NCBI GenBank assembly: GCA_048938105.1
Contig: JBHLMN010000003.1
Span: 256,001-320,000 of the forward strand
Source: Promethearchaeota archaeon
GTDB lineage: Archaea; Asgardarchaeota; Heimdallarchaeia; Hodarchaeales; Hodarchaeaceae
Direction of reading: 5' to 3'
DNA: 64,000 nt
How positions within the stretch are numbered: the first letter of the stretch is position 1; each line of letters begins with the position of its first letter. Made by a program: the position numbers and the translations under genes. The notes beneath the pieces are model-generated. The model was not told where the DNA came from, did no database searches, and saw nothing but the letters and a program-made list of their open reading frames with translations. Positions 19,250-29,339 of the stretch are shown here, in pieces.

Positions 19250-20155
19250 TTGATTACCATGTCTAAACAACCTGATGAGAATCTCACAGACATATTTAAA
19301 GCTCTTTCTCATCCTTTGCGACAGGACATAATTTCTATTCTTGCAGAACGACAACAAATGGAAGGCATAGGATTTACCGCCCTTCAGAACGAGTTAAACC
19401 AAGATCAATCTCGCTCAAAACCTGTTCAAGTCGGAACTATATATCACCATATTGGTTTACTTGGTGATCTAGTCAATCAAAGTGAAGAATCTAAATCTTG
19501 GATACTTTCTGAAAGGGGGTGGTTCGCCTTCAATCTTTTAAAATCGAGTCAAGACCGAAATCAGTTCCTTACTCGAGGAGATCTCAAACGAGCTTCCCCT
19601 TTTTCGATTGTTTGGCAGATTTTTGCCCCTCCTAGACTTTTTTTCTTTGCAAAAAAATCGATCGCCCTATTCTTTGGCTGGCAGATACTCTTCTTTTTAC
19701 TCTTCGCATTCATTACTGCTCAAGCTGATCTAGTTCTAATTTTTGTGTTTTATTCCACTTCGAATACTCAAAAGGATGTTTTGTTAAGCTTAAGTAGTAT
19801 TATGTTATCTTGGTCTATTTTCACCTTATTAGTGTTAGTACTATCTAAACAACTCTTACGTAAAAAACGCTTAACTCTAGAAGACATTGTAACAATTGCT
19901 ATCTTTCTAGGCATATCTTTACTTCCATTAGGATTACTTCCTCTTCTCGTGATAGTTAATGTTATTAATTTAACTCAATCTTTCATCCCACTAGCTCTAG
20001 CGATATTACTTCAATTTTGGGTGATTTTCCTAGCCGCTCGTGCAATATCAGTACAATTTTTTGTAAGGATGGAACGAGCAGGAATTATCAGTCTGATTTC
20101 GATTTATATTATGGTTTTATTAGGAGTGCTTCTCTCCCCGATCTTAGGATTCTAA
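19250..20155 (+). CDS. ArsR-like winged-helix domain fused to a ~5-TM membrane domain
   Basis: IFKALSHPLRQDIISIL...GTIYHHIGLLGDLV...LSERG, followed by hydrophobic helices. ATG 19259 is an alternative start. Confidence 0.75.
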   Translation: MITMSKQPDENLTDIFKALSHPLRQDIISILAERQQMEGIGFTALQNELNQDQSRSKPVQVGTIYHHIGLLGDLVNQSEESKSWILSERGWFAFNLLKSSQDRNQFLTRGDLKRASPFSIVWQIFAPPRLFFFAKKSIALFFGWQILFFLLFAFITAQADLVLIFVFYSTSNTQKDVLLSLSSIMLSWSIFTLLVLVLSKQLLRKKRLTLEDIVTIAIFLGISLLPLGLLPLLVIVNVINLTQSFIPLALAILLQFWVIFLAARAISVQFFVRMERAGIISLISIYIMVLLGVLLSPILGF

Positions 20156-20914
20156 ACTCTCTGGAAAATTAGCTATCTCAATTCTAGGTAACGTTATCTC
20201 AAATCGGGTACCCTGGGTATAATCATCCACTACTCGATTGGTAACGGTGATCTCCCCTTCAAACTTCTCCAATATTGTTTTAACAATATAAAGACCTAAT
20301 CCTGATCCTTTTTTGCTTGAACGTGCTCGAAAAAACCTTTGGAATAATTTCTCTTTAAGAGAATCAGGAATACCTTCTCCATGATCAATAACCTCAACTT
20401 TCCATTTTCTCGCTCCCTGAACTTCATCAATGAGAATTTCAATTCGTTTCACAGGATTAGGATCTGCAAATACTGCATTCTGGAGAAGATTGAGTAAACA
20501 ATTATCAAGAATAGTTGTTCCTTGTACAAAACTTGGTTTCTTCGCGAAAGAAGTCTTTATTTCAATTTGTTCTTCAGGAAACATTGAGGTCAACGCGGTG
20601 ATAGATCGTTGAACAACACCAACTAAGTCAATAGGTGTGTAATCCCCATCCTGTAAATTTTTGATTTGAGAAAGCAATTTAACTTGATCAATCACCATTT
20701 GAGCACGCAGAAGGCTTTGTAACGCAGTTTGAAGAAAGAATTGGGAATCCTCATCGTTCTTATCTATAACTGACTTCAATTCCTCTAAACAACTATAAGT
20801 TATCATTGTCTGACTTGAGACATCATGAATCAAAAGATCAAGGGAGAACTCGAGATCTTTACGCGCCTCCTCAAGCTGTTGAATTACTTCTTGTGTATGT
20901 TGTTTCTCAACCAT
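20144..20914 (-). CDS. Histidine kinase (HisKA + HATPase_c) without a sensor domain
   Basis: H-box LIHDV, N-box NLLQNA, G1 DHGEGI, F-box LFQRFFR, G2 GSGLGL, GTRFEITLP. Confidence 0.88.
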   Translation of the reverse strand: MVEKQHTQEVIQQLEEARKDLEFSLDLLIHDVSSQTMITYSCLEELKSVIDKNDEDSQFFLQTALQSLLRAQMVIDQVKLLSQIKNLQDGDYTPIDLVGVVQRSITALTSMFPEEQIEIKTSFAKKPSFVQGTTILDNCLLNLLQNAVFADPNPVKRIEILIDEVQGARKWKVEVIDHGEGIPDSLKEKLFQRFFRARSSKKGSGLGLYIVKTILEKFEGEITVTNRVVDDYTQGTRFEITLPRIEIANFPESLES

Positions 20915-21079
20915 ATGAATATCACGGCTGAAAGAGTTTTAAAATACCTTGAATAAATCAACTAATTATTAACGATCATTTAGGAGTATCCTTAGGAACC
21001 AGCTGATATTCAACGGAAAATATATGTCTGCTTCTTGAGGAAAACTGTAATTTAACTGAAATAAACACAAAGATCTAGG

Positions 21080-21985
21080 TTATATTTTGGTTTTGCTACG
21101 ATGAATCAAAGAGACAGCTATTTTATTCCCTTGTATTTCATCTTTAACCAATCCTTCAAGCAGAGGGAGAATACCATCCCCAGTGGAAGTGTTTGTTTCA
21201 TAGATTATTTTACTGGAAATACGAAACTTTCGAGCGAGGTATTTTCTTATGTTTGATATCCTGCTAATATCACGCATATTTGCAGCAACTACAAAAGGAC
21301 GATCCCAGAAGTTACGTATCTCTTGTAATAGCCCCTCGCTTTTTCTTATCCGTTCTGAATCGGAGCTATCGACAAAAAAGATGTAACCGTCAGATTCACT
21401 ACTGAATCTCCACCATTGGGAGTGAAAAGCATAACCAAGATCAATTAATTGTATTTGAGGTAAATCATTTGTTGGATTGATTCTAATAATATCTAAAATC
21501 TGCGTTGGGTTGTAAGTTTTGAATCCAGCAAGTGGAAGATCTTCCTTAAAGTAATTAAGAAAAGTACTTTTACCTGAACGACTTAATCCTAGAAGGGCGA
21601 TTTTTAGTTCTGCATTCGAATCGTCTACCGTTTTTACAATTGAATTGCATAAATCTTGAAAATGTTTTGTTGAAACGATGTCTTTTAGAGTTGGAATATT
21701 CTCATATAGATAATTCTCTAAAAGGTTTAGAAATCGTATCAGTTTTTGATAAGACGTATCGATTGTGGCAATTGAAACCAACATTAAATCATTCGTTGTT
21801 TCACGAAAAACTATTAAGTTGCCATTAACGACTAACCCTTGAATCCATCCTTGTAGTGCTTCTTCTCGTGCTAGTCTTCCAAGAAGTGGAACTAATTTAT
21901 TAAATCGTTGATCATTAGAAATAGGGAGGGTCGAATTTAACTCTATATTATTTTTGTCAAAGACTTTGACCGAAAGGAGAGTCAT
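21080..21985 (-). CDS. Longin-like domain fused to an Arf/Rab-like small GTPase
   Basis: KIALLGLSRSGKST (G1), YNPT (G2), IDLG (G3 variant), FVDSS, ANMRD (G4 variant). The N-terminal ~125 aa has a beta-beta-alpha-beta-beta-beta-alpha-alpha pattern. Confidence 0.75.
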   Translation of the reverse strand: MTLLSVKVFDKNNIELNSTLPISNDQRFNKLVPLLGRLAREEALQGWIQGLVVNGNLIVFRETTNDLMLVSIATIDTSYQKLIRFLNLLENYLYENIPTLKDIVSTKHFQDLCNSIVKTVDDSNAELKIALLGLSRSGKSTFLNYFKEDLPLAGFKTYNPTQILDIIRINPTNDLPQIQLIDLGYAFHSQWWRFSSESDGYIFFVDSSDSERIRKSEGLLQEIRNFWDRPFVVAANMRDISRISNIRKYLARKFRISSKIIYETNTSTGDGILPLLEGLVKDEIQGNKIAVSLIHRSKTKI

Positions 21986-22283
21986 TTAGAGGACCCCGAT
22001 TAAAGGCATAGAATTGTAGATTCTTGGAAAGAGTATCTTTTTTCAAAAATAATAAAGTTATATTTCTTAAAAAAGTCACCTGAACATTTTCTCCGGATTT
22101 TAATAATCATCTTCAATTTTTTGGAACTGAAGTATGAAAGGAGTAATAATTGTGAAAACATCCAATCCCTAATTGTACATAGAAGTGACCCGACAAAAAT
22201 AATGAAAAGATAAAAGATGAGAGGAGGAATTTAATTCGTTGTAATAAAGGAATAAAAAGAGGAGAGAGGAAAATTAAGATGTA

Positions 22284-23570
22284 TTAAATCATTTTTACCA
22301 TTGTATTAATTGTTCTACTACCTATGAGTAATTGTACGTTTCGTGTTCCACCCACAACTTCTGCAATCTCTGAAACACCTTGAATTAAAGGCATCTTAGT
22401 TTGATCTGTAACACCTGTGCCACCCATTGCGTGCATACACTCATATGTTAGTTCATGGACAAGATGCGCTGCCTGTTCTTTCACTTGTGAGGCCATTGCA
22501 ACAAAAGGATTCATAAATGGACTAATACCCTCGAGCTCATCTCTTTTAGCGTCATAAGCTTCTGCTAATTTCAACAAAGCCATTGTTATCGACATTAAGC
22601 GAGAATGATATTTTGCTATAACGCTCATCCCAACTGCTTGGTGAAGTAGAATCTTAGTAGTTCCAGGTGGAGTTCCAAATTGTCTTCTCACAGTTGAGTA
22701 AAGCGAAGCTAATGCAAAAGCTCCCCACATTTGGCCTACATTGGTTGCAGCGATACCAATTCTTTCAGGAACTAATCCTTCAAATAGAATATGATATCCT
22801 TCACCAGGACCCCCAGTCATATAATCTTCGGGAATAAAAGAATCCTCGAAAATTGTCTTCCCAATATGAACCTTGCTTACTGAAGGAATCCCTAACCTTT
22901 CTGCTTTAAATCCTCTATCCCATTCTTTATGAGAAATGCCCTGGACCATTGTACCACGTGGATCCTCCTCATTTAACACAGCATAAACAGCAACCATATC
23001 AGCTTTCGGTGAATTTGTCGTATAACACTTGATTCCATCAATAGTATATCCACCATCAACCTTTTCTGCTTTCACAGTCATATTGACGGCATCAGATCCT
23101 CGATTTGGTTCTGTAATTCCAATACATCCTATCTTAGTACCATCAAATAAACCCTGAAGGTCTTTCAAGAGATTCTCTCGATCATTATGATGGTGAGCAA
23201 TAGGATTAATACAAAGACTAGAGGCGCCCAATGCCATGTTAAATTGAGGATTAAAGATATCCATTGTCCAACAGCGGAGAAGTTCAGCTTTCAGACCAAT
23301 TTCCAGGTCGTTTCGGTGTGGATATTCGTTACTGCGATTAATTAACGCATGTTTGCCTGCCCATGGGAACCAATCATAATAATCAGCGTTATTATGTCCA
23401 TAGATCCCCCCAATTTTCTCTTCCTGCTCTAGACAAAGCTGCTGAATCTCTTCAATGTAATTTTTATCTTTATCATTAAGCAACATCATCATGTTGTTAT
23501 TAAACACACCATACTGGTTTTTTAAACTCATCATATCTAGTATTTCGTCTTCGAGTAACTGGATTTTCAT
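22284..23570 (-). CDS. Acyl-CoA dehydrogenase family protein
   Basis: GCIGITEPNRGSD, IDGIKCYTTN, ERIGIAA, RRQFG, HAMGGTG, EVVGGTRNVQ. Confidence 0.92.
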   Translation of the reverse strand: MKIQLLEDEILDMMSLKNQYGVFNNNMMMLLNDKDKNYIEEIQQLCLEQEEKIGGIYGHNNADYYDWFPWAGKHALINRSNEYPHRNDLEIGLKAELLRCWTMDIFNPQFNMALGASSLCINPIAHHHNDRENLLKDLQGLFDGTKIGCIGITEPNRGSDAVNMTVKAEKVDGGYTIDGIKCYTTNSPKADMVAVYAVLNEEDPRGTMVQGISHKEWDRGFKAERLGIPSVSKVHIGKTIFEDSFIPEDYMTGGPGEGYHILFEGLVPERIGIAATNVGQMWGAFALASLYSTVRRQFGTPPGTTKILLHQAVGMSVIAKYHSRLMSITMALLKLAEAYDAKRDELEGISPFMNPFVAMASQVKEQAAHLVHELTYECMHAMGGTGVTDQTKMPLIQGVSEIAEVVGGTRNVQLLIGSRTINTMVKMI

Positions 23571-23786
23571 AGTTCTTTCCCTACTTACTGGTTATTTTCA
23601 ATTTGAATGGTCAAGTTCCCTCAAAGCGTATTTTGCTTTAAAAAGCCTAAGTCTGATTTTTTAAGTACAACTACAATTAAAGCTAAGTACTTGATGATAA
23701 TGGTGTCAGAATAACAAATTTTAGATAATTCAACAAAATGATCTCTTAATAGAATCTATTGGTATAAATATTATAGAAAAAGGAGT

Positions 23787-25577
23787 ATGTCATCATTGAC
23801 AAGTAAATGGGATCTTTCTTTTTTGTACAAAGGATTTAACGATCCAAAGATTGATGAAGACTTGAATCAGGCAAAAAAAATCGCTGATGATTTGAGAAAA
23901 TATCGTGGGAAAATAAAAACAGGTGAAATCTTTCCAAAAGAGTTGTTCGAATTATTCCAACAAGAGGAGAAAGCTGAAACACTAGTTTCAAAAGCAGGAG
24001 GATATGGAGCTCTACTTTTTTATCAGGAAACGACGAATGAAGATCATAAGGCTCTTTATGCTAAGATGCAACAACAAGCTGTAGAGATTGAGAAAAAATT
24101 GTTGTGGATAACATTAGAATTAAATGAACTGGATGAGAACCAAATCCAAAAATTTCTACAAGATCCACTATTAACCAATTATCACCATTATATCATAGTT
24201 AAGCGATTAAACAAACCTTATGTACTATCAGAACCAGTGGAACAGGTTCTGCTGCAGAAATCATTGGTTGGACGGGATGCTTGGTTTAAATTCTTCCAAG
24301 AATATACTGCAGCGTTTGAATTCGAACTAGAGATCGAAGGAGAAGTGAGAAAATTATCCCCAGGAGAAATCTATCCATTGATTCGAGACCCAAACCCCGA
24401 AACGCGAGTGCAGGTGTTTAAAACGTATTATCGAAAATACGCGGAGGAGTCAATCGCTATCAGCCATTGCTTTAATAATATTTGGAAAAATCACGGCCAA
24501 AATGTAGAATTAAGGAAATACCCTTCAACAATGACTCCTGCGCATATTAGGAACCAGACTGACGAGAAAATCGTCCAAACAATGATGGATATCATTAAAA
24601 AGAATTACTCTTTGGTCCAAGAATATTATAAAAGCAAAGCGAGATTAATGGGGCAAGGTGATAAAATCAAAGGCTCAGATCTCTATGCTCCTCTTGGTAA
24701 AGCAATAAAATACACCTGGGAGGAAGCTAAACAAATGGTACTGAATGCTTACAGTGAATTTGATCCTGAGATTGGTGAAATGGCGAAAGGGTTTTTTGAT
24801 CGTAATTTAATTGACTCGGAAGTGAGGAAGGCGAAAAGGTTTGGTGCCTTTTGTATGGGTATTGCGCCTGGAATAGATCCTGTCATTCACATGTCGTTTG
24901 ATGGCACACCTGAAGGGGTTGGAACCTTAGCTCATGAGATGGGCCATGGTCTTCACGATATGTTTAGTGGACGGAAACAAACTCTTTTGAATTATAATCC
25001 ACCCCTTGTTGCTGCAGAAACAGCATCAGTTTTTGGGGAGCAGATTCTTATTGATAAAATGTTAAAGACAATGACTGATGAGGAAGCAAAGTTAAAAATC
25101 CTTTCCAGTCAGTTAGAAGATGCTATCGTGACTATTCCCCGTCAAACCATGTATGTTTTGTGGGAGAAAGAATGTCATGAAAAGGGAGCAAAAGAGAATT
25201 TATCTCCTAAACAGATGTCCGATATCTGGGATAAATATGTTAAAGATACTTATGGTGATGCAGTAGATTTTCTTCCCGAACAGAGCTGGAATTGGGCAAC
25301 TATTCCACATTTTTTAGATCCTCGGGTCTTTTACTGTTACGCATATTCCTTTGGTATGCTTTTTGTATTGGGCCTCTACCAAAAATACCTGGAAGAAGGA
25401 GAATCATTTATCCCGAAATATAAGCAAATTCTTGAAGTTGGTGGATCGCAATTTCCGGTTGATTTAGCTGCGTCAGTAGGATTAGACATTACCCAACCAG
25501 AGTTTTGGCAGGCAGGATTCGATTATCTTCAGACACTCTTAGAAGAATTTCAAATGATAGTTGAAACCCGAACTTAA
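23787..25577 (+). CDS. pepF: Oligoendopeptidase F (peptidase M3B)
   Basis: WDLS, KRFGAFC, TLAHEMGHGLH (HExxH), AETASVFGE, IPHF...FYCYAYSFG. Confidence 0.92.
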   Translation: MSSLTSKWDLSFLYKGFNDPKIDEDLNQAKKIADDLRKYRGKIKTGEIFPKELFELFQQEEKAETLVSKAGGYGALLFYQETTNEDHKALYAKMQQQAVEIEKKLLWITLELNELDENQIQKFLQDPLLTNYHHYIIVKRLNKPYVLSEPVEQVLLQKSLVGRDAWFKFFQEYTAAFEFELEIEGEVRKLSPGEIYPLIRDPNPETRVQVFKTYYRKYAEESIAISHCFNNIWKNHGQNVELRKYPSTMTPAHIRNQTDEKIVQTMMDIIKKNYSLVQEYYKSKARLMGQGDKIKGSDLYAPLGKAIKYTWEEAKQMVLNAYSEFDPEIGEMAKGFFDRNLIDSEVRKAKRFGAFCMGIAPGIDPVIHMSFDGTPEGVGTLAHEMGHGLHDMFSGRKQTLLNYNPPLVAAETASVFGEQILIDKMLKTMTDEEAKLKILSSQLEDAIVTIPRQTMYVLWEKECHEKGAKENLSPKQMSDIWDKYVKDTYGDAVDFLPEQSWNWATIPHFLDPRVFYCYAYSFGMLFVLGLYQKYLEEGESFIPKYKQILEVGGSQFPVDLAASVGLDITQPEFWQAGFDYLQTLLEEFQMIVETRT

Positions 25578-25657
25578 TCTATAAGAAGTCCATAATCCTT
25601 TATGGATACATTTTTGAGATTCTTGATCCTAATAGTTTCGGAGGATTTTATAATTTC

Positions 25658-28600
25658 ATGAAATCTCAAGGAAACACTGATTTTGATATGAAATTATCTG
25701 GCCATGTACCGCTCTTATGGAAAAGAAAGGTCAGAAATCTTATCAAAAAAGACCCTCAACGAGCGTTAGTCGGTTTCTTTGAGAATTTCAAACAGGGAAA
25801 TGACATTAAGAAGATGTCTTATGGCCTTGAGCAATTACTCCCACAAAGCCTTCAATTAATACTCTCTTCTTTTGAAAAGTTAGATCAAGAGGAAACATAT
25901 GCTTTCTTCGAATTAATCTCAACTCCTGAATTTTTACAACATCTTTCTTCTTTAAATCAAGATGAACAAGTATTAATCTTAAATCAAATCTATACAAACT
26001 GGAATTCTGATTTAAACCAAGAACCAATCCGCTTGATTCTGAATCAACTCGATCCAAGCAATATAGAACTCCTTTATACTAAAATAAGCAATGAAAGTAC
26101 TAAACTTAGTTGTTCACCCTCTATTGAAATTATCCAACTATGGGGAATTGATGTTTATCCAAATGTTTTACAGCTTTATTTAAAAACCCCAATTAATGAT
26201 GTCGGGTCATTATTCAAAAAACTCTCTCCTAAACACCGAGTTCAAGTCTTTAATACCATTAGTAATCTATCACAAGTTCAATTCAAAAACCTATTACAAA
26301 TAACATCTCCAACAGAAGAAGAGATCAACTTTCTTTTTGCATTACATTCTTCCTTGACTCAAAAATCGAAGGATTTATTTTTAAGTTGGCTTGTTAAGCA
26401 GCCTCCTTCTCAAGATCTCATTCTTTGCGCTTATCAAAAGCAAAAGACAGAGGAGAATCTCTCATTTGTTGTGAATTACTTCATAAATTGTACTAAAAAG
26501 AAAATCTATCCTATACCTGATATTATTATCTCAACATTGAACTTTAGGGAATTTGCAATCGCACACGAAATCCTAAAGAGAATGGATGAAAGTAAGGATC
26601 AAGAACCCATTGAAATTCTGATTTTATGCTTAAAAAAACTCCAAGATCGAGTAGCACAGTATTTGGATTTCTTTAATTCCGAATTCCAAACTTATGAATC
26701 AAGTAAAACTAAATTGTTGTTACTATTTTATCTTGAAAGTGATTATAAATCTCATCACCGATTATTACTGCCCTTTCTCAAGGTAGCAACGGCAAAAAAA
26801 TGGAAAATGATGATAAACACAATAATAGATACAAAAATTCTAGCTTCTTCAAATCGAATTTCTGATATCTTTGATAGTTCTAGCGTAAGAATTAAGCAAA
26901 AAATTGGAACTTACATTATAGAACAATCTTGGATTCCCCAATTGACATTTCTTTTTCAAGACTTTGAAATATTTCGGTCTGCCTTAATTTATTCCAGAGA
27001 ATTGTCTATAACCACACAAGTTCTCTTAGAACCTTTTCTACAACATCATATGTCAGAGAACTTTGAAACTATTGTTCGATTAGGAAAGAAAATTACCTTC
27101 CCTCAGTTAGCCTTCGCATCAAAGATGGATCCTTCCCGCTTGAAGTCGTTTTTAACTAGCATTGGATCAAACAAGGAACTAATACATTTTTGGGAAGAAT
27201 TATTTCTATTGTGTTCAAAAGATGCTCTCCAGGTTGTATTGGAAGATTTCCTACTGAAAACAAAGAAAACAAAAGATTATTTGATTCCTCTTCTGAAAAA
27301 ACTTATAGATTTAGAACTCCAGCAGTTCTGGATTTATTTTAATAAAATTGCATCTCAAGATATTTTGCGACTTGAACCAGTTTTGATACATGCATTTGAT
27401 CTTAGTATTCCAATAATTGGTGATGTCTTATCTCATTTGCCAGATAAACATTTGACTTTCATTATTGAGCATATCCTCCCTCAATTTACCTCCTCAGGAT
27501 CGAAAATATTATACTCTCTTTTAACATTACACACAGAGATTCAATATGAAGTGATTCAAAGAGCTATTTTAGAAACAATCAAGTTTAATCCTGAAGAGAT
27601 GTTAATTATTGTTTTAATTCGTTGTTCAAACTTGATCAATAACATTGAATTCAGTGATTTTGCATCTAACTTATACAATAATATTTTCTCCTTGTATTCA
27701 TTAGCTTCTCTCAAGGTTGTTGATAGCTATAAATTAACTAATCTGATATCTTCAACAAAAATATTTTTATCATCATTACCTGCCAAAGAAGTTGAAAATG
27801 TTCTTTTAACGGTGTTAAATATTCTTGAATCTAATATTTTAAATCCCATAATTGTTGACTATCTTGTTCAACAGTCAAGAAAAAGAAAAGGAGACTCTTC
27901 TCTGTTTTATCAGCTATTCTCGAATTATGAAAAAGAAACCTACTCAATTGAAGGAGAAAATGTTCTAAGAGGTTTTATTCAAAACATAGTCGGAAAATCT
28001 TCTGATTATGACATATTCATTTTTTCAACCTTTAACCAAAAACCTCGTTGTCAATCACTTTTGCTTCCAATCTTCTTTGCACACACATCACAACACGTTA
28101 TTGAAAGAATTCTTCTCGATCCAACCGTCAAATCACTTGAAAAAAACACACTCAAAGCAATAACCAAACATTTCGAGGCTCATCCTCCTGAAAAGCCTGA
28201 AGAATACTTTTTTACTCTGTATAGAAAGGTTCGCGGTGAAGAAGAAGTTCAACGATCAGTTTTACCACTTTTGGGGGAATATTGTTCGTGGCAAAATCTA
28301 TCATTACTCATGGAACTCCCAGAGAAGGATAAGTACCAAAAAGAGTATCAAAAAGCCCTAGTTAAATTCGCCTCAAGATTTGATATTCAATCACCAAAAG
28401 CTCTACATCAAATCTGGGTATCGGGTTTGAAAGATGTATATACTCGTCTGAAAGAACCTGAAACCCTGTTACAAAGCCAGTGTCCACAATGTGGAAATCC
28501 AATTCTGGAGAAACAAAAGAATTGTGGATTTTGTAGTCAGCGACTTACTTGTATCATATGCCGAAAATCAGTTGTTCAACTGCAAATTGAAGAGGAGGTT

Positions 28601-28747
28601 GTTCAATGCCCTCAATGTTCAAGTTTCTTCCATCGACAGCACTTACTTGAAAGTGTCAAAATAAAAAGCAATTGTCCTGTGTGTAATGTGTCACTAAGAG
28701 AAACAGAAGTAGATTCTCTACCTGTATTCACTTTTTTCTTTCGATAA
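25658..28747 (+). CDS. Large alpha-helical (solenoid-like) protein with C-terminal zinc ribbon and RING-like finger
   Basis: About 930 aa of Leu/Ile/Phe-rich amphipathic helices, then CPQC-x10-CGFC and CIIC...CPQC...HRQH...CPVC. Confidence 0.75.
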   Translation: MKSQGNTDFDMKLSGHVPLLWKRKVRNLIKKDPQRALVGFFENFKQGNDIKKMSYGLEQLLPQSLQLILSSFEKLDQEETYAFFELISTPEFLQHLSSLNQDEQVLILNQIYTNWNSDLNQEPIRLILNQLDPSNIELLYTKISNESTKLSCSPSIEIIQLWGIDVYPNVLQLYLKTPINDVGSLFKKLSPKHRVQVFNTISNLSQVQFKNLLQITSPTEEEINFLFALHSSLTQKSKDLFLSWLVKQPPSQDLILCAYQKQKTEENLSFVVNYFINCTKKKIYPIPDIIISTLNFREFAIAHEILKRMDESKDQEPIEILILCLKKLQDRVAQYLDFFNSEFQTYESSKTKLLLLFYLESDYKSHHRLLLPFLKVATAKKWKMMINTIIDTKILASSNRISDIFDSSSVRIKQKIGTYIIEQSWIPQLTFLFQDFEIFRSALIYSRELSITTQVLLEPFLQHHMSENFETIVRLGKKITFPQLAFASKMDPSRLKSFLTSIGSNKELIHFWEELFLLCSKDALQVVLEDFLLKTKKTKDYLIPLLKKLIDLELQQFWIYFNKIASQDILRLEPVLIHAFDLSIPIIGDVLSHLPDKHLTFIIEHILPQFTSSGSKILYSLLTLHTEIQYEVIQRAILETIKFNPEEMLIIVLIRCSNLINNIEFSDFASNLYNNIFSLYSLASLKVVDSYKLTNLISSTKIFLSSLPAKEVENVLLTVLNILESNILNPIIVDYLVQQSRKRKGDSSLFYQLFSNYEKETYSIEGENVLRGFIQNIVGKSSDYDIFIFSTFNQKPRCQSLLLPIFFAHTSQHVIERILLDPTVKSLEKNTLKAITKHFEAHPPEKPEEYFFTLYRKVRGEEEVQRSVLPLLGEYCSWQNLSLLMELPEKDKYQKEYQKALVKFASRFDIQSPKALHQIWVSGLKDVYTRLKEPETLLQSQCPQCGNPILEKQKNCGFCSQRLTCIICRKSVVQLQIEEEVVQCPQCSSFFHRQHLLESVKIKSNCPVCNVSLRETEVDSLPVFTFFFR

Positions 28748-28777
28748 CTAAAAAAATAGCCAAGGGAAGACCAACTA

Positions 28778-29239
28778 ATGACCAAGCCGAAAGAGAAGAA
28801 AAAAAAATCTAAGAAAAAGGATTCTAAAAAGCTAATTGTAACTAAAAATGAATTCTTAAGATTACGGCCCGTTGTCAGCCCGTTTGTGCAGCAAAAGAGA
28901 AAAACAGACGAAGATCTGCTGTTAAAAATCGATTTACGTGAATTGAAAAAGAGAAGCCTCCTCAAAAGAATAGCTCCAACTCCTGATAGTAAAAAAATTC
29001 TTCTCGACAAATTAGGAAAAGATGTCTTTCTTTTATGTGATGGAAAGCACAAAGTCAAAGATATTATTAAAGAATTTCAGGCTAAATACCGCTTAACTCA
29101 GACGGAAACTGAAATTGCAGTCCAGAAGTATTTAATGAGTTTGACAGAACGTCATCTTATTGGATTTATGATACCTGAAGAAATTGTGAAGAATAAACAA
29201 TTATCTGGAGAGGCAATTGAAAAAGTTGTCATTGAATGA
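28778..29239 (+). CDS. PqqD-family / RiPP-recognition-element (RRE) domain protein
   Basis: ILLDKLGKDVFLLCDGKHKVKDIIKEF...YLMSLTERHLI matches the PqqD pattern LD-x-x-G-x-x-(V/I)W-x-x-CDG-x-x-TV-x-x-I. Confidence 0.78.
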   Translation: MTKPKEKKKKSKKKDSKKLIVTKNEFLRLRPVVSPFVQQKRKTDEDLLLKIDLRELKKRSLLKRIAPTPDSKKILLDKLGKDVFLLCDGKHKVKDIIKEFQAKYRLTQTETEIAVQKYLMSLTERHLIGFMIPEEIVKNKQLSGEAIEKVVIE

Positions 29240-29339
29240 ATCCAGATTTATCTTGAGAGACTGGTTTTGGATCATCTTTTATATAAAGGACAATAAATTT
29301 CCATTTTATTCCTCTTTAAATTAATAAGAAATAAATGAT

